Source of the DNA: an uncultured bacterium
GTDB lineage: Bacteria > Acidobacteriota > Aminicenantia > Aminicenantales > CALLJL01
NCBI GenBank assembly: GCA_938092135.1
Contig: CALLJL010000019.1
Coordinates: forward strand, 27,211 to 91,210
Reading direction: 5' to 3'
Length of the DNA stretch: 64,000 nt
In this document: positions 31,870-41,573 of the stretch, piece after piece
How the letters are laid out: each line of letters starts with the position of its first letter
How positions within the stretch are numbered: position 1 is the stretch's first letter
Notes under the pieces: model-generated
The model's database searches: none
Told to the model about the DNA's origin: nothing
What the model saw: only the letters and a program-made list of their open reading frames with translations
Program-made: the position numbers and the translations under genes

Positions 31870-33138
31870 ATGAAAATAAGAAGAAAAAAAAGAAATCTTT
31901 TATTTTATTTAAATTCGCTTCTGGCCTGTTTGTTCTTCCTGGCCTTTGAGGTTAAAACCGATTCTAAGGATATAAAAACAGGAAAGGAGCAGGAATTTAA
32001 GCCTCGGCAGGAGACAACCAGGCTTATTCCCTTGGCGGTTAGGGTTTTTGAAGGAAACCATTTTGTCGATGATCTCGGTCTAGATGATTTTGAAATCTCC
32101 GTTGGTCATCGATTGGAAAAACCAGTAAGTTTGTTTCTCATAGATCGGAAGCAAATTCTAAGACAGGAAGGAGAATCAATTTCCTCGCCGGATTTAACCC
32201 GACACATCATTATCATGATGAAAATGATTGATTATCATCCCCAGCTCGCCCAAGCTATTGAGGATCTTTTTATTAACGAAATTTTAGTTGGCGATACTTT
32301 GCAAATCCAGACGCCGATGAAAAATTATATGATGGCTGCCGGTGCTCTGGAAAAAGTTCCTAGACCTGTCTTGATAAAAAATGCTCTGGAATTAGTCCGC
32401 AAAGATATCCTTCAGGGCAATATGCTATATAACAGTTTGCTTAATGAACTTAAAAGATTTGTCCGGAGAATTAGCGGCGTTAGCGCTTTCGAAACTGAGG
32501 AACTTGGCGGTATAAGTGAAGATCTTGGCTTGCCCTTTCTTTTCCAAAATTATCGAGTGAATATGCAGAAACTTGAGGCTTTGCGTCGGATTGATGAAAA
32601 TCAACTCATTCAATTTGCCAGCCAAATGCAGAAGATACCTGGTCAGAAATTCATTTTCTATTTTTATCAGCGGGAATTTCTTCCTGAAATAAACCCAGCC
32701 AAAATGAATGAATTGCTAAGTATGTATCAGGATGAGCCAAATATTATCGGTGAACTCCAGGACCTCTTTCAGCAATTCCATCGACCTCTAACCTTCAATA
32801 CTCCCAGGCTTGAGGAAGCTTTTGCTTGTTCTGAAGCTCAATTGAATTTTCTTTTCCTCAACAAAGACGCTCCTAAGATAGCCGGCTTAGTGATGAGAGA
32901 AAGGTCTGAAGATATTTTCAAATTGATGAGTAATATCGCTAGGGCTACCGGCGGAATCACCGAAGCTTCCCAAAATCCTGAAGCTGCCTTGAAAAAAGCC
33001 TTTGCCTTAGCCTCAAAATATTATCTTCTCTATCTTGAACCTAAGGAAGAATTATGGGCCTCAATCTTTAACCCGGTGACGGTCAAAGTTAAAAGAGAAA
33101 ACATTGCCATTATGACCAGGCTCGGCTTCTCCCTCTAA
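31870..33138 (+). CDS. Secreted hypothetical protein with VWFA-related N-terminal region (degenerate MIDAS)
   Basis: 422 aa. A signal peptide is followed by IPLAVRVFEGNHFVDDLGLDDFEISVGHRLEKPVSLFL, resembling the N-terminus of VWFA-related proteins of the Acidobacteria type. The DxSxS metal site is not conserved (IIIMMKMIDYH). Confidence 0.4.
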   Translation: MKIRRKKRNLLFYLNSLLACLFFLAFEVKTDSKDIKTGKEQEFKPRQETTRLIPLAVRVFEGNHFVDDLGLDDFEISVGHRLEKPVSLFLIDRKQILRQEGESISSPDLTRHIIIMMKMIDYHPQLAQAIEDLFINEILVGDTLQIQTPMKNYMMAAGALEKVPRPVLIKNALELVRKDILQGNMLYNSLLNELKRFVRRISGVSAFETEELGGISEDLGLPFLFQNYRVNMQKLEALRRIDENQLIQFASQMQKIPGQKFIFYFYQREFLPEINPAKMNELLSMYQDEPNIIGELQDLFQQFHRPLTFNTPRLEEAFACSEAQLNFLFLNKDAPKIAGLVMRERSEDIFKLMSNIARATGGITEASQNPEAALKKAFALASKYYLLYLEPKEELWASIFNPVTVKVKRENIAIMTRLGFSL

Positions 33139-33485
33139 AATGGGGACACAAACATTTTTTCTAATTAGACATTTAGATATATAAATTACCTGAATTAAAG
33201 AAATCACCCAATCAAAGAGAAAGCTTTTTCTATTATTCAATTTAAATTAAGGCTCTAAAAATAAAAGGTCTATAGAAAAAAATGGAAATACAAAAATCAA
33301 ATTATAACGATTTTCTAGCTATATTGTAAAAAGCTCAGACCTAAGATAAAAATATTTTAAGCTTATTAGGGTTAAGAATGGGAATATATAAATAAGATTT
33401 TCTATCATGGCTGGCTCTACTCGATGCAGGCCCAAATAAAGTTAATTGAGTTGAAGAGTTGATTAAGCTATAATTTTTATCTTCC

Positions 33486-33560
33486 CGGGGAGTAGCGCAG
33501 CCTGGTTAGCGCACAGCGTTCGGGACGCTGGGGTCATGGGTTCGAATCCCATCTCCCCGA
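33486..33560 (+). tRNA. proK: tRNA-Pro (anticodon CGG)
   Basis: Manual cloverleaf: the acceptor CGGGGAG pairs with CTCCCCG, the D-stem is GCGC/GCGC, the anticodon stem CAGCG/CGCTG carries the loop TTCGGGA, and the T-arm is ATGGG-TTCGAAT-CCCAT. The discriminator is A. Confidence 0.85.
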
Positions 33561-33789
33561 TTTAAAATTTCTCGCCTAAATGCTCTTATCAACCACATTT
33601 CATAGGCAATAATTTAAATTTTTAAAAACAAAAAATTCTTTTTTAAGAATATCAAGCTGCTCGCCAAAAAAGGAAGAGGTAGCGAAATAGGTTGAAGAAT
33701 TTTTTATAAAAAATAAAAATTGCCTCAATTTATAGCCTGAAGAAAGCTGCCTGGCCTAATTTTTTCAGGCGATTAATTTCAGGTGATAA

Positions 33790-34914
33790 TTAAAACTTTA
33801 TCTCGACCAATTTAAGTTCATAGCTTCTGAAGCCAAGACCGATTTCTTCTCCGTATTTCAATTGAACCGACCAGTCAAGGTCATAACCTTCTTTCAGCAC
33901 ATCCCGTCGAGCTTCCTTTAAAACCAAGTCAACTGAAGCTTGGTCCAAGGCCACTGGATCATAGGAAGCCAGCATGCCTATATCCTCAACAATGGAGGGC
34001 TGATTTTTGGCCAAGCAATCGCAATCTTTAGTAATTTGCAAGAGGAAATTCAAAAAAACAATTTTTGGACCAAAATAATTCCTCAAAGCTAGGGCATATT
34101 CGACCATTTTCTCCTGAATCCGACGGCTGTCCTCATCCCAGCGCATCCTAATGGCCCCAACTTTGCAAATAACCAAACACTCCCCGCAACCAAGGCAGCG
34201 TTCATCAATAATTTTAGCCACTCCACTTTCCTGGATAATGGCTTGAGCTGGACAGTTAGTCAAGCAAAGGCCGCAATTGGTACAGTATTTAGGATTAACC
34301 CTCGGGTGGACCTCTGAGTGCTGTTCCAATTTGCCAGCCCTCGAAGCACAGCCCATACCTAAATTCTTAATGGCACAGCCGAAACCAGTCTGGACATGAC
34401 CGGTAAAATGACTCAGCACTATCAGAGCGTCGGCCAGAATAATTGATTTAGCAATCTTGGCTGATTTAATTCTCCGCCCATTTATTTTTATTTCCCCATC
34501 CTCAGCTCCAAGAAGACCGTCGGCAATGATCACTGGCAAGCCAGTGCCCTCATAGGTAAAACCATGTTCAGCTGCTTGCCGCAGATGATTGACTGCATTA
34601 GATCTTTCCCCCACATAAAGCGTATTAGAATCAGTAAAAAAGGCTCTGGAAGTCTTTTCTTTTATCCGCTCAATAATTCCTCTGAGCCAGGCCGGTTTGA
34701 TATAGCCTGTATTACCCTTCTCGCCAAAATGGATTTTCAGGCCGACAAAATCATTCTGGCTGATTCGGTCCTGAAAACCAGTCATGGAGTAAATCTTTTC
34801 AGCCTTAGCGGCAATAATTTCTGTTCCTTCTTCTCTTTTGGCCGGAATAAAATAAACCTGACTCTTCATTTCAGGAAGGTTTTTTCCCCTCAAGATATAG
34901 TTTTGCAGCTTCAA
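33790..34914 (-). CDS. DUF362-domain protein with C-terminal 2x[4Fe-4S] ferredoxin domain; a likely true start is Met16 at 34869
   Basis: A DUF362 N-domain is followed by CTNCGLCLTNCP and CLGCGECLVICK ferredoxin motifs. Starting at 34869 removes the 44-nt overlap with the aminotransferase gene. Confidence 0.65.
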   Translation of the reverse strand: MKLQNYILRGKNLPEMKSQVYFIPAKREEGTEIIAAKAEKIYSMTGFQDRISQNDFVGLKIHFGEKGNTGYIKPAWLRGIIERIKEKTSRAFFTDSNTLYVGERSNAVNHLRQAAEHGFTYEGTGLPVIIADGLLGAEDGEIKINGRRIKSAKIAKSIILADALIVLSHFTGHVQTGFGCAIKNLGMGCASRAGKLEQHSEVHPRVNPKYCTNCGLCLTNCPAQAIIQESGVAKIIDERCLGCGECLVICKVGAIRMRWDEDSRRIQEKMVEYALALRNYFGPKIVFLNFLLQITKDCDCLAKNQPSIVEDIGMLASYDPVALDQASVDLVLKEARRDVLKEGYDLDWSVQLKYGEEIGLGFRSYELKLVEIKF

Positions 34915-36025
34915 CTGCAGCGCCAGCTTTTAAAGGAAAATTCATAGAAATCATAGTCTTTTCGATGGCTTCGAGAGCAAAAATAACTTGTTCTTGAGAT
35001 AAATTACCCATGTGGCCCATCCTGAAAACCAGGCCAGCCGTCGGTCCAAGACCGCCGGCCACCACAATTCCCTTTTCATAGAGACTTTCCCTGAACCGCT
35101 TATCATTCATTCCTTCTTGATAGCGAACAACGGAGAGAGTGGGGGCAAGAAAAGCCTCATGGGTAAAAAAGGAAAAGCCCATTTCCCTAAGGGCAGCCCG
35201 AATAGCTCTGGCTATCAGCCGATGCCGCTCAAATCGTTTTTCCAGGCCCTCTTCCAAAACAATCTGCGTGGCCTCATAAAAGGCCCTAATTTCATTTACA
35301 CAGGGAGTAGAAAAATATTTTGACGGATCTTTCATGATGGGTAACCAGCGGAGCAAATCAGAATAATAGGCGGGTATTGACTTCATCGCTTTTCTTTTTT
35401 CCATGGCTCTTGGAGAAAGAACTAAGATGGAAAGACCAGGGGGAGCTCCAAAACACTTCTGGGCAGCCGTTAAAATAACATCAATCCCCCAAGAATCCAT
35501 GAATTCTTCCATTCCGCCGGTAGCGCAAACTCCGTCAACAATGAAAAGCTCTTCCCTGTTACGAAGCAAAGCGGCATATTGGTCAATGGGCGCACAAGTT
35601 CCGGTGGCCGTATCCACATGAGTTGCAATAACGGCTGCGTAAGAAGTTAGTTTTAACTTTTTCTCTAAATCTTCAGGGTAAATTCCCTGCCCCCATGGAG
35701 AGGCTAATATCTCGGCCTCAAGATCAAAGGCCCTAAAGATTTCGGCCATTCTTTCTCCGAAATAGCCGTGGGAAATAATCAGGGCCTTCTCGCCTCTGGC
35801 CACAGTATTTAGAACCGCCATCTCCATGGCTAAGGTTCCTGCCCCAGCGATGATAAAGGCTTCACCATTAGCGCAATCAACAATTTTCTTTAGATTTTCC
35901 ACAGCCCCCTTTAGTTCAGCCACCATCTCTGGCCCAACATGAGAAACTGTGGGCAAGGACAAGCGATTGATAATTCGGGGATGAACCGGACTCGGTCCGG
36001 GAATCAATAGCAACTTCTCTTTCAT
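34871..36025 (-). CDS. Class-V aminotransferase (serine-pyruvate / alanine-glyoxylate aminotransferase family)
   Basis: 384 aa, with LLIPGPSPV at the N-terminus and a PLP-lysine region (ILTAAQKCFGAPPG). Confidence 0.8.
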   Translation of the reverse strand: MKEKLLLIPGPSPVHPRIINRLSLPTVSHVGPEMVAELKGAVENLKKIVDCANGEAFIIAGAGTLAMEMAVLNTVARGEKALIISHGYFGERMAEIFRAFDLEAEILASPWGQGIYPEDLEKKLKLTSYAAVIATHVDTATGTCAPIDQYAALLRNREELFIVDGVCATGGMEEFMDSWGIDVILTAAQKCFGAPPGLSILVLSPRAMEKRKAMKSIPAYYSDLLRWLPIMKDPSKYFSTPCVNEIRAFYEATQIVLEEGLEKRFERHRLIARAIRAALREMGFSFFTHEAFLAPTLSVVRYQEGMNDKRFRESLYEKGIVVAGGLGPTAGLVFRMGHMGNLSQEQVIFALEAIEKTMISMNFPLKAGAAVEAAKLYLEGKKPS

Positions 36026-36130
36026 TGTGGGCCTTCCTTATTGATTTAAATGAAAAAACATTTTGGCTCAACCTCATTCATAAATCAAGATGAAATTATT
36101 ATAATTGGCTCAAGGTAAAGGGAGGTAAGC

Positions 36131-37459
36131 ATGAAAAAATCTATATATCTATCCTGGGTTCCGTTAATTTTGGTTTTATTAATCTTAATCTCTTTTTATT
36201 CAACCTTTTCCTATCCCCAAGCCTATGTCCCTACTGAAAGTAATCTTAAAGCTCGGGAATGGTTCCAGAAGGCTAAATTCGGACTTTTCATTCACTGGGG
36301 CCTATATTCTATTCTGGGAGATGGTGAATGGGTCATGTTTAATCGCCGAATTCCAGCTGCCGATTACGAAAAACTCACTCAATTTTTTAATCCCATAGCC
36401 TTTGATCCCAAGGAATGGGTTTCTTTAGCCAAGGAAGCTGGAATGCGCTACATTGTCATTACTTCAAGACATCACGATGGCTTTAGTCTTTTTGCGACAA
36501 AAGCTACAAATTACAATGTGGTTAAAGCTACACCCTATGGTCGTGATGTTCTTAAAATGCTGGCTGAGGAGTGCCAACGTCAGGGAATAAAACTCGGCTT
36601 CTATTACTCCCTCCTTGATTGGCATCATCCCGATTATGTTCCAAGAACACCTTCCGGCGAGCTCTTAAAGCGGACAGGTAAAGGCGATTGGTCCCGTTAC
36701 CTTGATTTTATGAAGACTCAGCTGAAGGAATTGCTGACCAATTATGGGGAAATTCTGTGCATCTGGCTTGATGGCCACTGGGACAGTCCCCAAGCCGACT
36801 GGAGCTATAACGAACTTTATAATCTTATCCATTCTCTCCAACCTCAGGTTCTAATCGGTAATAACCACCATACCTCTCCTTTTCCTGGCGAAGATTTTCA
36901 AATGTTTGAGAAAGATTTGCCAGGTGGTCGAACCCAGATATTTAATGTGGATCAGCCCGTAAGCTCTCTTCCCTTAGAGATGTGCGAAACCATTAACAAT
37001 TCCTGGGGTTTTAATATTAATGACCGCCATTATAAAAGCCCAAAAGAACTTATTCATCTTCTGGTTAAAGCGGCTGGCCACGATGCCAATCTTCTCCTTA
37101 ATGTAGGCCCAATGCCCAATGGTCGGATTCAACCTGAATTTATCGATCGATTGCTTGAAGTTGGACGGTGGCTCCGGGTCTATGGGGAATCTATTTATGG
37201 CACAAGAGGTGGACCTCTGCGGCCGCAGCCCTGGGGAGTCACGACGAGGAAAGAACGATTTGTCTTTGTCCATCTCCTTAATTATGAAGAACAGGCTCTC
37301 CTTCTTCCCGGATTTAATCTTCCCCTAAAGCAAGCCACTCTTCTGAAAAATGGCCAGAAAGTAAGCTTTCGCCTTCTGCCTGAAGGCCTGATTTTGAATC
37401 TACGGGGCCTTGAAAAAGACCCTATTGACACTGTCATTCGCCTCGAAATATCGCTTTGA
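36131..37459 (+). CDS. Alpha-L-fucosidase (GH29)
   Basis: 442 aa with a signal peptide and FGLFIHWGLYS...YIVITSRHHDGFSLF...GFYYSLLDWHHPDY, the GH29 catalytic-domain signature. Confidence 0.85.
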   Translation: MKKSIYLSWVPLILVLLILISFYSTFSYPQAYVPTESNLKAREWFQKAKFGLFIHWGLYSILGDGEWVMFNRRIPAADYEKLTQFFNPIAFDPKEWVSLAKEAGMRYIVITSRHHDGFSLFATKATNYNVVKATPYGRDVLKMLAEECQRQGIKLGFYYSLLDWHHPDYVPRTPSGELLKRTGKGDWSRYLDFMKTQLKELLTNYGEILCIWLDGHWDSPQADWSYNELYNLIHSLQPQVLIGNNHHTSPFPGEDFQMFEKDLPGGRTQIFNVDQPVSSLPLEMCETINNSWGFNINDRHYKSPKELIHLLVKAAGHDANLLLNVGPMPNGRIQPEFIDRLLEVGRWLRVYGESIYGTRGGPLRPQPWGVTTRKERFVFVHLLNYEEQALLLPGFNLPLKQATLLKNGQKVSFRLLPEGLILNLRGLEKDPIDTVIRLEISL

Positions 37460-37499
37460 AATAAAAAAAATTAGGTTATGAAAGGATTTAGAAAAAACC

Positions 37500-39851
37500 A
37501 TGAAATTTAAAAAGTTATTTTTCCCTTTCCGAAAATTAATTTTTAATCTTTCTAGCCACCTCTTCCTTTTTCTTTTGGCGGCAAACCTATTACTCCTATC
37601 TTTCCTTGCCGCTGAATCATTCCGCCTGAATCAAATCAACCTTATTCCTCAGCCTTTCTCGATACAAAGGGGGAAAGGTACTTTAAATCTTAGCGAAAGA
37701 AGCAAAATTATTATCAGCCAAAGACATCACGAAGTCTTAGAGATAGCTAACGAATTTCAATCGAGGCTCCGTCAAGCTACTAGCTGGCCCTGGGAAATTA
37801 AAGATACGACGCAGATCAATTCACTTCGGGGGCATATCTTCCTCCGTTTACTGCCGACCAAAAAAACCTTGGCGCCGAAGGCTATGAATTAAGAATAAAT
37901 TCAAGCAATATCCTTATTGATGCTTCTACACCAGCCGGCCTTTTTTATGGTCTTCAAACTCTCTGGCAAGTATTCCCTGCTTCTTTTGAAAGCTTTCTCG
38001 CTCCATCTTCTAATCAACAGCTTGAAGGACAAAATAGACCTTTTTCTGCTTCCTTATCGCTTCCTTTGATCCATATCATCGATAAACCCCGCTTTCGCTG
38101 GCGGGGAGTTCATCTTGACTGTTCTCGTCACTTTTTCCCAAAGAGTGGATAATGAAATTGCTGGATGTGGCTTCAAGCTATAAGCTTAACACTTTTCATT
38201 GGCATCTTACCGATGATCAGGGCTGGAGAATTGAAATCAAAAAGTATCCTCGGCTCACCGAAATTGGCGCCTGGCGCCGGGAAACAATGGAAGATGGCCA
38301 GCCCTATGGTGGTTTCTATACTCAGGAAGAAATAAAGGAACTTATTGCTTATGCTCGCCGTCGCTTTATAACGATTGTCCCTGAAATTGAAATGCCTGGC
38401 CATTGTCTGGCTGCTCTCGCTGCTTATCCTGAATTGAGCTGCTCTGGCGGACCCTTTAAAGTTAGTGCCGAATGGGGAGTAATGAACGATGTTTTCTGCG
38501 CCGGCTCTGAAGAAACCTTTACCTTTCTGGAAAATGTCCTCAGTGAGGTTATAGAACTTTTCCCCGTGAATACATTCACATTGGTGGCGATGAGGTACCA
38601 AAGGTTCGCTGGCGAAACTGCGTTCGTTGTCAGGCCAGAATGAAAGCCGAGGGACTTAAAGATGAAAGCGAACTTCAGAGCTATTTCATTAGGCGAATTG
38701 AAACTTTTCTTAACAGCCAAGGAAGACGCTTAATTGGCTGGGATGAAATTCTTGAAGGAGGCCTGGCACCCCGCGCCACAGTTATGAGCTGGCGAGGTTT
38801 TTTCGGAGGAATTGCTGCGGCTCGAGCAGGTCATGATGTGATTATGAGTCCAACTTCCCATTGTTATTTTGATTATTATCAGGGCCAAGTGGATGAACCC
38901 AAAGCCATTGGGGGTTTTTTGCCGCTGGAAAAAGTCTATTCCTTTGAACCCATCCCACCTGAACTTAAGCCCGAAGAAGCTGCTCACGTTCTTGGAGCTC
39001 AAGCTAATCTCTGGACTGAATATATTAAAACCCCTGAACATGCTGAATACATGCTTTTTCCCCGCCTTCTTGCTTTAGCTGAGGTTATTTGGAGTCCGAA
39101 GAAGAAAGATTGGGCTGATTTTCAAAAGCGCCTTGTGGCCCATTATGACCGCCTGGCCTTTAAAGGGATTAGCTTCAGGGTCCCTCCGCCTGAGGGTATA
39201 GGTGGCCGAAAATGGTCAAAAGAAAAAATAAATTTAGTCCTCGTTACCCCTGTACCCGGAGCCAAAATTGTTTATACCTTAGATGGAGGATTTCCCAATG
39301 AAAATTCTTTAGTCTATACTTCTCCTTTAGAAATTTCGGGCAATGTAATTCTCCGCTCAGCCACCCTTCTTCCCAATGGTCGGATGAGTCATCCAGTCTC
39401 AATGTATTTTTTCCAGGTAGACGAAAATCTTAACGGTCTTGATTATGATTATTTCGAAGGCAAATGGGAAAAGTTACCCGATCTCGATAAAGAAAAGCCT
39501 CTCTTTTCAGGTGTAACCTATGATTTGACTTTGGATGGCCTTAAGACAGCTGAGGATTATTTTGCTCTTCGCTTTCGGAGCACACTTTATCTTGATCAGG
39601 AAGGAGAATATATTTTTTATACTCGCGCTGATGACGGCGTAAGATTGAAAATAAATGATTTGATTGTAGTTGATAATTGGGGTCTTTTCGGACAACGGGA
39701 ACTTAAGGGCCGCATCTATCTCAAGGCAGGTGGGCATCGCCTTCAGGTTGATTATTTTGAAAAAAGAGGCGGGCAGTATCTTGAAATCTTTATTGAGGGG
39801 CCAAGACTTCCCTATCAACCCATTCCTCCGGCCCGCCTTTTTAGGAATTAA
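37500..39851 (+). pseudogene. Beta-N-acetylhexosaminidase (GH20) with C-terminal PA14 domain, split into four ORF pieces by three -1 frameshifts at homopolymers
   Basis: The 37500..37892 ORF has a signal peptide and the GH20 N-domain (LIPQPFSIQRGKG). The next piece reads GAEGYELRINSS...RFRWRGVHLDCSRHFFP in frame 2 and ends at a stop at 38150. The 38152..38643 ORF reads KEWIMKLLDV...FHWHLTDDQGWRIEI...MPGHCLAALAAYP. The 38640..39851 piece reads PREYIHIGGDEV...NLWTEY and then the PA14 domain (GDDGVRLKINDLIVVDNWG...HRLQVDYFEKRGG). The frame changes fall at the A7 run 37860-66, at TTTTTCCCAAAG 38132-43 and at TTTTCCCC 38559-66. Confidence 0.7.
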
Positions 39852-40101
39852 TAAAAGGCCAGTTTTTCAAAGAAAAAGAATTCAAGGGTAAAAATTGAAA
39901 AGAAGAAATCAACAATTTTAATCAATAATTTTATCAGGAATACTGACCGGAAAATTTTCTGGTTAGACTTATTAAAAAAAGATTTTTAAAATAAAAGGCC
40001 CAGATGCAAGAAAAAATTAAAATTTTTAACTCCCTTAAGGACAAATTTTATTGAGCCGAAGGCGATAGTCTTTTTTCAAATTTTATTAAGAGGCAGGCCC
40101 A

Positions 40102-41571
40102 ATGAAACTATTGGTTATAATAATTAACCTTGAGATGATTTTGCAAAACAGGATGAATGAGAGTCGTGTTAAAAATATTTTAATAACTAAAATTCCAAAG
40201 AGGATTGGAGACACTCGTTTCATCGCCATGACCTTTGCTTTTCTTCTTTTGCCTCTTTTTAGCCCCCTTCTTTTACCAGCTCAATCTTCCCTTGAAGAAA
40301 TATCTTCCAAGGCGGCTGATTATTTTCGAATTCAAAATGAGCTTGGCCGTTTCTCAGGGGCTGTTCTTATTGGCTCCAAGGGAAAAATAATTTTTGAAAG
40401 AGGCTATGGGTTAGCCAATTATGAACTTCAGGTACCGATTACTCCACGGACCAAATTCCGTCTGGGCTCACTCACCAAGGCTTTTACTGCCGCCGCTATT
40501 TTACAGTTAGCTGAAAAGGGGAAGCTCAGTCTTGATGATCAGGTGGCCCGATACTTATCTAATTATCCCCAGGCTGAAAAAATAACTATTCATCATCTGC
40601 TTACCCATACCTCAGGTATTCCCAATTTTACTGCCTTGCCTGAATATCAGAAATTCAAGCTCAATCCGACGACTCTGGACCGAACAATCAATCTCTTTCG
40701 ACAATTGCCCCTTGAATTTGAGCCAGGAACAAAATTTAGTTACAGCAACTCTAATTACATTCTTCTTACAGATATTATTGAAAAGGTTTCAGGCAAAAGT
40801 TATGCCGACTATTTGCGGGAAAATATCTTTCTTCCTCTAAATATGTTAGATACCTGCTACGACGATCCAAATAGGATTATAAAGTACCGTTCCCGAGGTT
40901 ATAGCCTTCGAAATGGTGATTTGATCAATGCCCCCCACATTGACATGTCTGTACCAGCTGGGGCTGGAGGTCTTCTTTCAACCGTAGAGGACCTCTTTGC
41001 CTGGGATCAGGGCCTTAGAAGTGAGCGGATTTTGACCGCCGCCTCCTTAGAAAAAATGTTCACTCCTTTTCTGAATGGCTATGCCTATGGCTGGGAGATA
41101 AAAAAAATTAATGGTCGCCTGATCGCCCAACACGGGGGGAGAATTGAAGGCTTTTTAAGTCAAATGGTCCGTTTCCTTGATGATGACCTTTGCTTAATTA
41201 TCCTAAGCAATTTTGATTTTGCCCCTCTTTCCCAATTCATAGAAGACATGCTTTCCCTCTTTTTAGGAAAACCGGTCACCTGGCCAAAAGAAAGAAAGGC
41301 TATTTCACTTCCGCCCGAAATTTTTAATCTCTATTGTGGTGAATATGAGTTCGCACCGAATTTATTAATTAAGATTTTTAGGGAAGGGAATCGTTACTGG
41401 GCTCAGGTCATCGGACAACCAAAGCTGGAAATTCTGCCTGAAAGTAAGACCAGTTTTTTTGTCCGTCTCATTGATGCCCAAATAAATTTTATCCTTGATT
41501 CAGAAGGAAAGCCTAATGCTCTTCTTCTTATTCAAGGAGGAAAAACTCACGAGGCCAAGAAGATTCGTTAG
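40102..41571 (+). CDS. Beta-lactamase-fold serine hydrolase (class C / AmpH / esterase-like); a likely start is Met43 at about 40228, preceding the signal peptide
   Basis: The SxxK motif is in RLGSLTKAF, the YxN motif in YSNSNY, and a D/H-x-GG motif is present (AQHGGR). A signal peptide reads MTFAFLLLPLFSPLLLPAQS. Confidence 0.75.
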   Translation: MKLLVIIINLEMILQNRMNESRVKNILITKIPKRIGDTRFIAMTFAFLLLPLFSPLLLPAQSSLEEISSKAADYFRIQNELGRFSGAVLIGSKGKIIFERGYGLANYELQVPITPRTKFRLGSLTKAFTAAAILQLAEKGKLSLDDQVARYLSNYPQAEKITIHHLLTHTSGIPNFTALPEYQKFKLNPTTLDRTINLFRQLPLEFEPGTKFSYSNSNYILLTDIIEKVSGKSYADYLRENIFLPLNMLDTCYDDPNRIIKYRSRGYSLRNGDLINAPHIDMSVPAGAGGLLSTVEDLFAWDQGLRSERILTAASLEKMFTPFLNGYAYGWEIKKINGRLIAQHGGRIEGFLSQMVRFLDDDLCLIILSNFDFAPLSQFIEDMLSLFLGKPVTWPKERKAISLPPEIFNLYCGEYEFAPNLLIKIFREGNRYWAQVIGQPKLEILPESKTSFFVRLIDAQINFILDSEGKPNALLLIQGGKTHEAKKIR

Positions 41572-41573
41572 GA

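Noticed and set aside
37860-38566. Programmed ribosomal frameshifting in the GH20 gene
   Set aside because: Three separate -1 slips at unrelated homopolymers, none with a slippery heptamer or stimulatory structure that I can see. Pseudogenisation or homopolymer sequencing error is far more likely. It is kept as a finding but not called a recoding event.
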